A stretch of 64,000 nucleotides of DNA from assembly GCA_041584475.1 (NCBI GenBank), contig JBFHDX010000002.1:13309-77308 (forward strand), read 5' to 3'. The translations under genes were made by a program, and so were the position numbers. Positions 14,847 through 26,013 of the stretch are shown here, piece by piece. How positions within the stretch are numbered: position 1 is the first letter of the stretch; the number at the start of each line of letters is the position of its first letter. This stretch comes from Alphaproteobacteria bacterium (GTDB taxonomy: Bacteria > Pseudomonadota > Alphaproteobacteria > UBA8366 > JADFVY01). The notes below the pieces were generated by a model. It had not been told where the DNA came from, did no database searches, and saw only the letters and a list, made by a program, of their open reading frames with translations.

Positions 14847-15824
14847 ATGATGCCGGAAACTGTCGCCATGGATCGTCTGAAGGACTTTGCATCCGCGCCC
14901 GTCGTGCGGGCCGGCGGATCGGACTATGCGAGGGTCGCGCGGGCGCTCGAGCGGCTGGCCACGCGCTTTCCCGAGCACCCCAGCCTCGCCGAGCTGGCCC
15001 GCGAGGCGGGGCTCAGTGAGCACCACTTCCAGCGCCTGTTCACGGCGTGGGCCGGGGTCAGCCCCAAGAAGTTCCTGCAATATCTCTCGCTCGAGGCTGC
15101 GAAGGAGCGGCTTCGCCAGTCCGCCAGCGTGCTCGACGCCGCGTACGATGCGGGGTTCTCCGGTCCCGGCCGCATGCACGACCTGTTCGTCACGGCGGAG
15201 GCGGTGACGCCCGGCGAATACAAGGCCCGCGGAGAGGGCATCGTGATCCGCTACGGCTACCACGACAGCCCGTTTGGCGAGTGCCTGCTGATGACGACGG
15301 AGCGCGGCGTGTGCGGGCTCGCCTTCGTCGATGACGCCGGCCGCGATGCGGTGCTGGCGGCGTTGTCGCGCGGCTGGGACCGGGCGCGACTGGAGCATGA
15401 CGAGTCGGCGACCGCGCCGGTGGCCGACGCCGTGTTCCAGCCGCCGCCGCGGCGCCCCGGACGCGACGCCGGGCCGCTGCGCCTGCTGCTCAGGGGTACG
15501 CGCTTCCAGCTCAAGGTCTGGCAGGCGCTGCTGTCGATGCCGCAGGGCACGCTGACGACGTACAGGGATCTCGCCCGCCGGCTCGGCCTCGGGCCGAGCG
15601 CGGCCCGCGCGGTCGGCAACGCCAACAGCACGAACGCGGTCTCGTGGCTGATCCCCTGCCACCGCGTGATCCGCATGACCGGGGCGATGGGAGGCTATCG
15701 CTGGGGCGAGGCGCGCAAGCTGGCGATGATCGGCTGGGAGGCCGCGGCGGCGGAGCGGGCCGGTCAGTCGTCGCTCGTCCAGGGCTCGACGCCGCCCCAG
15801 GCGATGAACGGCGGATTGGCGTAG
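14847..15824 (+). CDS. Bifunctional AraC-HTH / methylated-DNA-protein-cysteine methyltransferase (Ada/Ogt-like, no N-terminal Zn domain)
   Basis: LSEHHFQRLF..WAGVSPK HTH, GTRFQLKVW, RAVG, IPCHRV active site. Confidence 0.9.
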   Translation: MMPETVAMDRLKDFASAPVVRAGGSDYARVARALERLATRFPEHPSLAELAREAGLSEHHFQRLFTAWAGVSPKKFLQYLSLEAAKERLRQSASVLDAAYDAGFSGPGRMHDLFVTAEAVTPGEYKARGEGIVIRYGYHDSPFGECLLMTTERGVCGLAFVDDAGRDAVLAALSRGWDRARLEHDESATAPVADAVFQPPPRRPGRDAGPLRLLLRGTRFQLKVWQALLSMPQGTLTTYRDLARRLGLGPSAARAVGNANSTNAVSWLIPCHRVIRMTGAMGGYRWGEARKLAMIGWEAAAAERAGQSSLVQGSTPPQAMNGGLA

Positions 15825-16555
15825 TCCGGCTTGCCGTACGTCAGTTCGCGGCCGGCACGGTCGGTCACCCGCCCGCCGGCCGCCGTCAGGATCGCCTGGC
15901 CGGCCGCGGTATCCCACTCCATGGTACGTCCGTAGCGCGGATAGAGGTCGGCCTCGCCGGCCGCGACCAGGCAGAATTTCAGCGAGCTGCCGGCCGACTT
16001 GCGGGCCGCGACCGGGCGGCCGCCCAGCAGCTGCTCGATCGCCCGCGGATCGCCGTGACGGCGGCTGGCGACGACCGTCACGCCGTCGGCCGGCGCCGGC
16101 CGTACCCGCAAGCGCCGTGGTGAGGCCGCGCCGCGGGCCCGCGGCGCCGCGCTGCCGACGATGCCGGTACAGGTGATGTCCAGCGCCGGCGCGTGGATCA
16201 CGCCGAGCACGGGGCGCCGATCCTCGACCAGGGCGATGTTCACGGTGAACTCGCCGTTCCGGCTGAGGAACTCGCGCGTCCCGTCGAGCGGGTCGACGAG
16301 CCAGAACCGGCCGCCCGAGACGTCCGGCAGGCGGCCCGCCGCCGCCGCCTCCTCGGCGACCAGCGGGACCTCCGGCGCGATCGCCGACAGCCCCTTCCCG
16401 ATCAGCGCCTCGGCCGCCAGGTCGGCCTCGGTCACCGGCGATTGGTCCGCCTTGCTGCGGTGCTCGAAATCGGTGGCATAGACCGCCATGATCGTGCGGC
16501 CGGCCGCGCGGGCCAGCGCGACGAGCTCATCGAGCCGGGCCGCGAGGTCGGTCAT
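15764..16555 (-). CDS. cysQ: 3'(2'),5'-bisphosphate nucleotidase CysQ
   Basis: KADQSPVTEAD, WLVDPLDGTREF, EFTVNIAL, GSSLKFC, TMEWDTAAG. Confidence 0.93.
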   Translation of the reverse strand: MTDLAARLDELVALARAAGRTIMAVYATDFEHRSKADQSPVTEADLAAEALIGKGLSAIAPEVPLVAEEAAAAGRLPDVSGGRFWLVDPLDGTREFLSRNGEFTVNIALVEDRRPVLGVIHAPALDITCTGIVGSAAPRARGAASPRRLRVRPAPADGVTVVASRRHGDPRAIEQLLGGRPVAARKSAGSSLKFCLVAAGEADLYPRYGRTMEWDTAAGQAILTAAGGRVTDRAGRELTYGKPDYANPPFIAWGGVEPWTSDD

Positions 16556-17765
16556 GGTGCACCGGTCAGGCGAAACCGGACGTGGCCGGTCCGCCACAGC
16601 GTGCGGAAGAACCGCAGGCCGTGATGCGCCAGCTTGTCCGCCGGGATCGACAGCGCCGCCGCGGCGAGGCACTCGCGCACCGAGCGCGCGCCGTCGATCG
16701 CCTCGAATATCGCCACCAGCGGCGGCGGCAGCGTGATGGTCGGTGCGCCGGCGCCGCCGAGCGTCGCCGGTTTCCCGCCCGCGGCCGGCGTCAGCACGCT
16801 CGCCGGCGGCAGCGGCACCGCGCGGTCGGCGAAGCCGGGCTCGTCCGGGGCGATGCGGTAGCCGGCGGTCGGGCGGTCGCGCCGGCAGACGCAGAAATCG
16901 TGGCGCGGCACGATGCCGGCGATCAGCTCCATCGCCCGCCAGCGCTCCTCGTCGCCGAGCGCGTCGAGGCGCGCATACAGCGGGTGGCTGTCGGGGATCG
17001 CCGCGTCCGGATTGTAGTACATCGGTTCGAGCCAGGTCTGGAAGGCAAGGCCGGCATCGCGTACCAGCTGCAGTACTTCGCCGACCGCGAAGGGGCGGTC
17101 CTGGGTGTGCAGGAACAGATCGACGAGCCCGGCGTCGTGCTTCATGTCCGCCGAGCGTTTCGCGTAGGCGCGCAGCGGGTGCTCGGGGTGCAGCAGCGGC
17201 ATCGTCGCCTTGACCAGATCGAGGTCCTCGTCCGACTGGCCGGTCGCGCCGATGATGCGGAACAGCTCCTGCATCATGTACACCGCGGCGCGGCCGTAGC
17301 GGCCGTACAGCATGACGTAGATGACGCCGTCCCGGTGCAGCGCGCCGGCCAGCGCCCTGAGGCCGGAGAGCGGATCGGGGAGATGGTGCAGAACGCCGGA
17401 GCAGGCGATGAAGTCGAACTCCCGTTCCAGTTCCGCCACCTCTTCCAGCCGCATTTGCCGCAGCGAGAGATTGTCCAGCCCGTGCCGCGCCTTCAGCTTC
17501 TCTTCGTGGGCCAGCGACGCGGCGCTGATGTCGATGCCGGTCACGCGGGCGCTCGGGTGTTCCAGCGCATAGCGCGCCGCCTGGTTGGCGCCGCAGCCGG
17601 CGACGAGGATGTCCATGCCGTCGCGATAGCCGGTCGCCGGCCAATACACGTCGCCGTAAGCGCGCGCATCGCCGATCGCCCTGCCGCCCTCGGCGATCCA
17701 CGACGACAGATCCTCGACGGGCTGAGGGTAGATCCAGCGCTCGTACTGCCGGCGAACCTCGTCCA

Positions 17766-17769
<4 letters not shown>
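16552..17769 (-). CDS. Class I SAM-dependent methyltransferase with C-terminal extension
   Basis: QYERWIYP, ILVAGCG motif I, GIDIS, FDFIACSGVLHHL; ATGA overlaps with neighbours at both ends. Confidence 0.85.
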
Positions 17770-20087
<2,318 letters not shown>

Positions 20088-20175
20088 GTGTGGATTTCCC
20101 TATCGTCTCGCCTGGCGGCGCGATCATAGGTCAGGCACCCGGGGCGAGGTCAATCCGCTTGTTCGGCGCGGCGGG

Positions 20176-21135
20176 TCAGTCGAAGGCTTCCTCCCAGGTG
20201 CCGCGCGTCGAGGCGCGGGAATATTCGGTCGCCCGGTTCTCGAAGAAGTTGGTGTGCTCGACGCCGTTGAGGATCTCGTCGAGCCACGGCAGCGGATTGC
20301 CGCCGATCCGGTACATCGCCGGCAGGCCGAGCTGCAGCAGCCGGCGATCGGCGACGTGGCGGATGTAGCGCTTCACCTCGTCCGCCGACAGCCCCTCCAC
20401 GTCGCCCATCTCGAAGGCGAGGTCGATGAACGCGTCCTCGTGGTCGACGATGGTCGCGCAGGCGAGCGACAGATCGCGCTGCAGCGCATCGGTCCACAGC
20501 TCCGGATGCTCCTCGATGAAGGCGTGGAACAGGCGGATCGCGGAGTTCGTGTGCAGCGTCTCGTCGCGCACCGACCAGGTGACGATCTGCCCCATGCCCT
20601 TCATCTTGTTGAAGCGCGGGAAGTTGAGCAGGATCGCGAAGCTGGCGAACAGCTGCAGCCCCTCGGTGAAGGCGCCGAAGACGGCGAGCGTGCGCGCGAT
20701 GTCGGCCGGCCTGTCGACGCCCCATTGCTGCATGTAGTCGTACTTGTCCTTCATCTGGCCGTATTTCAGGAAGGCGCGGTACTCGGTCTCGGGCATGCCG
20801 ATGGTGTCGAGCAGGTGGCTGTAGGCGGCGATGTGCACCGTCTCCATGTTGGAGAAGGCGGCCAGCATCATCTGCACCTCGGTCGGCTTGAAGACGCGGG
20901 CGTAGTGCCGCATGTAGCAGTTGTTCACCTCGACGTCGGCCTGCGTGAAGAAGCGGAAGATCTGCGTCAGCAGGTTGCGCTCGGCATCGTTCAGCCGGTG
21001 GTGCCAGTCCTTGACGTCGTCCGCCAGCGGCACTTCCTCGGGCAGCCAGTGGATGCGCTGCTGCGTCAGCCAGGCGTCGTACGCCCACGGATAGCGGAAC
21101 GGCTTGTAAATCGGGTCGGAGTCGAGCAGCGACAT
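20176..21135 (-). CDS. nrdB: Class Ia ribonucleotide reductase beta subunit
   Basis: HWLPEEV, FFTQAD, ETVH..AY (radical Tyr present), EGLQLF, RDETLH, NFFE. Confidence 0.96.
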   Translation of the reverse strand: MSLLDSDPIYKPFRYPWAYDAWLTQQRIHWLPEEVPLADDVKDWHHRLNDAERNLLTQIFRFFTQADVEVNNCYMRHYARVFKPTEVQMMLAAFSNMETVHIAAYSHLLDTIGMPETEYRAFLKYGQMKDKYDYMQQWGVDRPADIARTLAVFGAFTEGLQLFASFAILLNFPRFNKMKGMGQIVTWSVRDETLHTNSAIRLFHAFIEEHPELWTDALQRDLSLACATIVDHEDAFIDLAFEMGDVEGLSADEVKRYIRHVADRRLLQLGLPAMYRIGGNPLPWLDEILNGVEHTNFFENRATEYSRASTRGTWEEAFD

Positions 21136-21186
21136 CGGGCGGCTTCCCGCGACGAGGAGAGCATTGATTGCGGTCGTGGGCGGCGG

Positions 21187-21468
21187 TCAGCGCAGCGAGT
21201 GCGCCGGCCCGCCCGTACCGATGCCGCGCGCGAGGTCGCGCTCGAGGCGACGCATCGCCGAGGCGATCGAGATGCGGTGGTAGGTCACCGGCTGGCCGTG
21301 TTCGATACGCCAGCCATATTTGCCGCAGATATTGTAGCGGTCACGGCGGATCACCGTCCGCAGGATGTCCGGCGCGAGCCGGTACCGCGAGGGGTCGCGG
21401 CCGGCGATCGGGCTGGCCTTCTGCCAGGCAAGCTCGATCTCCGTCTCGGGCGATGGCTGCTGGTGCAT
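21187..21468 (-). CDS. Small protein resembling the N-terminal half of an HNH endonuclease family (degenerate)
   Basis: Strong SD GGAGGAGA before the ATG at 21468. AWQKA....GRDPSRYR....YGWRIEH.xP is present, but no downstream Asn/His motif. Confidence 0.6.
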   Translation of the reverse strand: MHQQPSPETEIELAWQKASPIAGRDPSRYRLAPDILRTVIRRDRYNICGKYGWRIEHGQPVTYHRISIASAMRRLERDLARGIGTGGPAHSLR

Positions 21469-21494
21469 GGTCTCCTCCGTGTGATGGTCCCTTC

Positions 21495-23525
21495 TCATTG
21501 GCAGGCGAGGCATTCGTCGTATTCCGTCCGTTCGCTCGCGGCGGGCGCATCGGCCCCGTTCACCGAGCCGAGATGCGGCACCGAGGCGACGGCGTGACCG
21601 GCGGCGTCGCCGGCGACGACGTCGGCGCGCTGGATCGATCGCGACCGGCAGTAGTAGAGGCTCTTGACGCCGCGCTTCCAGGCCAGCATGTGCAGCCGGT
21701 GCAGGTCGCGCTTGTGCACGTCCGCCGGCAGGAACAGGTTGAGCGACTGCGACTGGCAGATATGCGGCGCCCGGTCCGCCGCATGCTCGATCAGCCAGCG
21801 CTGGTCGATCTCGAACGCCGTGCGGAACACCACCTTCTCGTGCTCGTCGAGACAGTCGAGATGCTGCACCGAGCCGCCGTTCGTCGAGATCGACGACCAG
21901 GTCTCCTCGTCGTCGCGGCCGCGCGTCTCGAGCAGCGCCTTGAGATGCCGGTTGCGGACCGTGAACGAGCCGCTCAGCGTCTTGTGGGTGAAGCTGTTCG
22001 CGGCGGTCGGCTCGATGCCGGGCGAGGCGCCGCCGCAGATGATCGAGATCGAGGCCGTCGGTGCCACCGCAAGCTTGTTCGAGAAGCGTTCGTGCATGCC
22101 GTACTCGGCGGCGTCCGGGCAGGGGCCGCGCTCGTCGGCGAGGCGCCGGCTGGCGGCGTCGGCCCGGGCGCGGATATGCTCAAACATGCGCTGGTTCCAG
22201 ACCTTCGCCATGACGCCCTCGAGCGGGATCATGTTGGCCTGAAGGAAGGAGTGGAAGCCCATCACGCCGAGCCCGACCGAGCGCTCGCGCGCCGCCGAGT
22301 AGCGCGCCCGCGCCATGCTGTCGGGGGCATGGGCGATGAAATCCGACAGCACGTTGTCGAGGAAGCGCATGACGTCCTCGATGAAGGTCGGATGCCGGTG
22401 CCAGTCGAGGTACCGCTCGAGGTTCAGCGAAGACAGGCAACACACGGCCGAGCGTTCCTCGCCGTGCTGGTCGACGCCGGTCGGCAGCGTGATCTCCGAG
22501 CACAGGTTCGAGGTCTTGACGGTCAGCCCGGCGAGCTTCTGATGCGCCGGGATCGCCCGGTTCACGTGGTCGCTGAAGACGATGTAGGGCTCACCCGTCT
22601 CGACGCGCGCTGTGAGGATGCGGATCCACAGGCTGCGGGCCGGGATCCTGCGCAGCACCGAGCCGTCGCGCGGGCTGGTCAGCGGCCACTCGGCGTCGGC
22701 TTCGACGGCGCGCATGAAGGCGTCCGGGATCAGCACGCCGTGGTGCAGGTTGAGCGCGCGTCGGTTCGGGTCGCCGCCGGTGGGCCGGCGAATCTCGACG
22801 AATTCCTCGATCTCCGGGTGGCCGACCGGCAGGTAGACGGCGGCGCTGCCGCGCCGCAGGCTGCCCTGGCTGATCGCCAGCGTCAGCGCGTCCATGACGC
22901 GGATGAAGGGGATGACGCCCGAGGTCTTGCCGTTCATGCCCACGGTCTCGCCGATCGAGCGCAGATTGCCCCAGTAACTGCCGATGCCACCGCCGCGGGC
23001 GGCGAGCCAGACATTCTCGTTCCACAGCTCGACGATGCCGTCGAGGCTGTCGGCCGCCTCGTTGAGGAAGCAGGAAATCGGCAATCCGCGCTTGCGCGCG
23101 CCACCGTTGGAGAGGATCGGCGTCGCCGGCATGAACCAGAGCCGGCTGATGTAGTCATAGAGTCGCTGGGCGTGCGCGCTGTCGTCGGCGTACTGCATGG
23201 CGACGCGGGCAAACAGATCCTGGAAACCCTCGTCGGGCAGGAGGTAGCGGTCGCTCAGCGTCGCCTTGCCGAACTCAGTGAGAAGCGAGTCCCGCGCCCG
23301 CTCGAGATGAACGCGATGGCCGCGATCGTTCTGGGCATTGTCGCGGACATCGGCGGGGACGACCGTCACCTCCTGCCCGTGGGTTCGCCGGACAGGCGAG
23401 TTATCAACAGCAACGGCGGGGGCAGCATCGACGGTACCGTCGACGCCGGCGTACCGGGCGCCGTCCTCCGCGAGTCCACGGTTTCCGGCCGGACCGCGCA
23501 GCAGGGCGTCGCTCGGATCGTCCAT
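21495..23525 (-). CDS. nrdA: Class Ia ribonucleotide reductase alpha subunit (no ATP cone)
   Basis: PATPILSN, PISCFL, SNLCSEI, APTAS, KSLYY, C-terminal CLACQ. Start uncertain; ATG 23525 has an AAGGGG SD. Confidence 0.96.
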   Translation of the reverse strand: MDDPSDALLRGPAGNRGLAEDGARYAGVDGTVDAAPAVAVDNSPVRRTHGQEVTVVPADVRDNAQNDRGHRVHLERARDSLLTEFGKATLSDRYLLPDEGFQDLFARVAMQYADDSAHAQRLYDYISRLWFMPATPILSNGGARKRGLPISCFLNEAADSLDGIVELWNENVWLAARGGGIGSYWGNLRSIGETVGMNGKTSGVIPFIRVMDALTLAISQGSLRRGSAAVYLPVGHPEIEEFVEIRRPTGGDPNRRALNLHHGVLIPDAFMRAVEADAEWPLTSPRDGSVLRRIPARSLWIRILTARVETGEPYIVFSDHVNRAIPAHQKLAGLTVKTSNLCSEITLPTGVDQHGEERSAVCCLSSLNLERYLDWHRHPTFIEDVMRFLDNVLSDFIAHAPDSMARARYSAARERSVGLGVMGFHSFLQANMIPLEGVMAKVWNQRMFEHIRARADAASRRLADERGPCPDAAEYGMHERFSNKLAVAPTASISIICGGASPGIEPTAANSFTHKTLSGSFTVRNRHLKALLETRGRDDEETWSSISTNGGSVQHLDCLDEHEKVVFRTAFEIDQRWLIEHAADRAPHICQSQSLNLFLPADVHKRDLHRLHMLAWKRGVKSLYYCRSRSIQRADVVAGDAAGHAVASVPHLGSVNGADAPAASERTEYDECLACQ

Positions 23526-23535
23526 ACTTTCCCCC

Positions 23536-23572
23536 TTACTCACAGGCTGTGGACAGGAAAACCTGTGGAAAA
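23536..23572. promoter_or_regulatory. DnaA-box-like cluster upstream of nrdA
   Basis: TGTGGAAAA (rc TTTTCCACA, consensus match) at 23564-23572, plus weaker TTACTCACA (23536) and TGTGGACAG (23548). Confidence 0.5.
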
Positions 23573-23573
23573 A

Positions 23574-23620
23574 ACACAAGATGTCGTAGCTGTCATCGAC
23601 GACCATACCATATCTGGCAT
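23574..23620. promoter_or_regulatory. Tandem NrdR boxes
   Basis: ACACAAGATGTCGTAG (23574-23589) and ATACCATATCTGGCAT (23605-23620) fit acaCwAtATaTwGtg with the typical 31-bp offset, directly upstream of nrdA. Confidence 0.85.
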
Positions 23621-23632
23621 ACGTGTCACTGG

Positions 23633-23647
23633 GAACAAAACAAGAAC
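23633..23647. promoter_or_regulatory. Alphaproteobacterial LexA (SOS) box
   Basis: Perfect GAAC-AAAACAA-GAAC (GAAC-N7-GAAC). Confidence 0.75.
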
Positions 23648-23822
23648 ATTCGTCCATCATACGCGATCGGCGGACGGGGTCAAGACATCGCGTCCGAGGA
23701 CGGGCGGCGCAGCGAATCCGGAAGCCGGCCGCGCCGTTGCAACCCGGTGGCGGGGACGCACATCGATCGGTTCCGACCGGGCCGACGATTTATGCTAGCG
23801 TGACCAGAATTGTGGGCGGCGC

Positions 23823-23882
23823 TTCAGACAAGCCTTCAGACGAGACTTCAGACGAGACTTCGGACGGGATTTCAGACAAGGG
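23823..23882 (+). repeat. Five tandem 12-bp repeats upstream of mtoX
   Basis: TTCAGACAAGCC/TTCAGACGAGAC/TTCAGACGAGAC/TTCGGACGGGAT/TTCAGACAAGGG, running into the GGAGG SD. Confidence 0.9.
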
Positions 23883-23894
23883 AGGAAAGGGACG

Positions 23895-25211
23895 ATGACG
23901 GGATATCTGCGTACTGCGCTCGCCGTGCTGGCCACGGCGATGTTCGTTGCCGTGGGGACGACGGCGGTCCGGGCCGACGAGACCTGCATGTCGCCTTACA
24001 TGGCGAAGATTACGGGCCAGGAGGAGTTCCTCTACGTCTGGACCCTCGGCGTCGAGGGGCAGGGTGACGGTTCGGACAAGCTGGTGACGATCGATGTACG
24101 ACCGGGTTCGTCGACGTATGGCAAGGTCGTCCACACGATCTCGGTCGGCGGCCGACACGAGGCCCATCACGCGGGCCTGACGGACGACCGGCGGTTCCTC
24201 TGGGCGAGCGGACTCGATACCAGCCAGATCTTCATCTTCGACGTGCACAGCGACCCGTCGAAACCGAAACTCGTGAAGACCATCGATGATTTCGTCAAGG
24301 CATCGGGCGGCGTCGTCGGCCCCCACACCAACTACGCGCTTCCGGGCCGCATGATGTTGACCGGCCTGTCGAACGACAAGGATCACGGCGGCCGCACGGC
24401 GCTCGTCGAATACACCAACGACGGCGACTACGTCGCCACGCACTGGATGCCGACCGCCGAAGACACGATGGGCGCCGAGGTCGAATCGGTCGTCGACGGG
24501 TACGGCTATGACGTCCGCGTGCTGCCGCGCAAGAACGTGATGTTGACCTCGTCCTTCACCGGCTGGTCGAACTACATGATGGATTTCGGCCAGATGCTCC
24601 AGGACGAGGCGGCGATGAAACGTTTCGGGCAGACAGTCGTGCTGTGGAACCTGCACACCCGCAAACCGCGCAAGGTGTTCCATGTCCCGGGCGCCCCGCT
24701 CGAGATCCGCTGGGCGTGGGGCCCCAAGAACAACTATGCCTTCACGTCGACGGCGCTGACCTCCAAGCTCTGGCTGATCTTCGAGGACGGCAACGGCGAA
24801 TGGCAGGCCAAGGCCGTCGCGGACATTGGTGATCCGTCGACGATCCCGCTGCCCGTGGACATCAGCCTGAGCGCGGACGACTCGCTGCTTTTCGTCGATT
24901 CGTTCATGGACGGCAAGGTCAGGGTCTTCGACGTCTCCGACCCGCACAAGCCGAAGCAGATCTACGAAAAGGTGATCGGCAGGCAGCTCAACATGGTTTC
25001 CCAGAGCTGGGACGGCAAGCGCGTCTACTTCACCAGCTCGTTGCTGGCCAACTGGGACAAGAAGGGCGAGGACAACGAGCAGTTCCTGAAGGCCTACGAC
25101 TGGGACGGCGAGGAACTCACGCACCGGTTCACCGTCGACTTCACCGCGCAACGGCTCGGGCGGCCGCACATCATGCGTTTCGGGGCCAGGAGCCTGTATG
25201 ACGGCACGTGA
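23895..25211 (+). CDS. mtoX: Periplasmic methanethiol oxidase (SBP56 family)
   Basis: Signal peptide then DETCxSP..GQE..LYVWTLG, EAHH, GPHT.YALPGRM, FTGW, SQSWDGKR.YFTSSLLANWD; followed by sco and mauG as in described mtoX loci. Confidence 0.88.
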   Translation: MTGYLRTALAVLATAMFVAVGTTAVRADETCMSPYMAKITGQEEFLYVWTLGVEGQGDGSDKLVTIDVRPGSSTYGKVVHTISVGGRHEAHHAGLTDDRRFLWASGLDTSQIFIFDVHSDPSKPKLVKTIDDFVKASGGVVGPHTNYALPGRMMLTGLSNDKDHGGRTALVEYTNDGDYVATHWMPTAEDTMGAEVESVVDGYGYDVRVLPRKNVMLTSSFTGWSNYMMDFGQMLQDEAAMKRFGQTVVLWNLHTRKPRKVFHVPGAPLEIRWAWGPKNNYAFTSTALTSKLWLIFEDGNGEWQAKAVADIGDPSTIPLPVDISLSADDSLLFVDSFMDGKVRVFDVSDPHKPKQIYEKVIGRQLNMVSQSWDGKRVYFTSSLLANWDKKGEDNEQFLKAYDWDGEELTHRFTVDFTAQRLGRPHIMRFGARSLYDGT

Positions 25212-25221
25212 TCGGCAGGAC

Positions 25222-26013
25222 ATGCGGAAGCGGGCATACGCGATCCCAACGCTTCGGATCGTGCCGGGGCGACGCGGCGCCCGGCGGCGGGCCGCCTTGC
25301 CGTGGCTCGTCGCCGGGGCCGCAGCATGCTTCGCTTCGGCGATAACCGGCTCCGCCGTCCAGGCCCACGACCCGGAGCCGCGGATCGTGCCCGAGGAGCG
25401 CGTGGAGCTGTCGTTCGGCAGAACCGAGGAGTACGATTACGAGGCGCCCGAACCCGGCAGTTACCGGCTGCCCAGCCTCGGTGACGCGGCGGACGGAGCC
25501 CTGCTTGATGGGGACGGCGAGCAGCGGAGCCTGCATGAGGTGATGCGGGGACGGATCACCGTCCTCGCCTTCATCTATACGCGCTGCGCGGATCCTCAGG
25601 GTTGTCCGCTCTCGATGGGGCTGCTGCACGATCTCGACTATGTCGGCGAAAAGGATCCGGCCGTCGGCGACGCGCTGCGACTGATCACCGTCAGCTTCGA
25701 CCCCGAACACGACACGCCCGAGGTCATGGCGGACTATGCCGCCGCGCTGTCGGGTGACGACCGCGACGGCACGCGGTGGCTGTTCCTGACCGCGCGAACG
25801 AACGAGGATCTGAAGCCGGTCCTCGCCGCCTACGATCAGCCGATCGGGAAGCGCGGCGACGGCTCGTTCACGCATCAGCTTCGCGTCTATCTGATCGACC
25901 GCGAACTTCGGGTCCGCAACATCTACAGCCTTGGTTTCATGGACCCGCGTCTGGTCATCGCCGACGTGCGCACGCTGCTGCTGGAAGAGCGCAAGGGGCG
26001 GCGAGGAATGTGA
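25222..26013 (+). CDS. SCO1/SenC family copper chaperone
   Basis: FIYTRCADPQGCP Cys pair, SFDPEHDTPE, W.FLT, conserved His (FTHQLR). Start 25198 or 25222. Confidence 0.88.
   Translation: MRKRAYAIPTLRIVPGRRGARRRAALPWLVAGAAACFASAITGSAVQAHDPEPRIVPEERVELSFGRTEEYDYEAPEPGSYRLPSLGDAADGALLDGDGEQRSLHEVMRGRITVLAFIYTRCADPQGCPLSMGLLHDLDYVGEKDPAVGDALRLITVSFDPEHDTPEVMADYAAALSGDDRDGTRWLFLTARTNEDLKPVLAAYDQPIGKRGDGSFTHQLRVYLIDRELRVRNIYSLGFMDPRLVIADVRTLLLEERKGRRGM

Noticed and set aside
20176-21135. Non-canonical R2 (class Ic/Ie or R2lox)
   Set aside because: The Asp/Glu/His ligands and radical Tyr are all canonical for class Ia.
23401-23660. Replication origin suggested by DnaA-like boxes
   Set aside because: Few boxes, no clear unwinding element or origin-linked genes; better explained as nrdA regulation.
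23823-23882. 12-bp repeat as CRISPR, or as coding sequence of ORF 23623-23898 (SDET repeats)
   Set aside because: There are no spacers. The ORF crosses the LexA box and promoter region and lacks an SD and gene-like codon usage.
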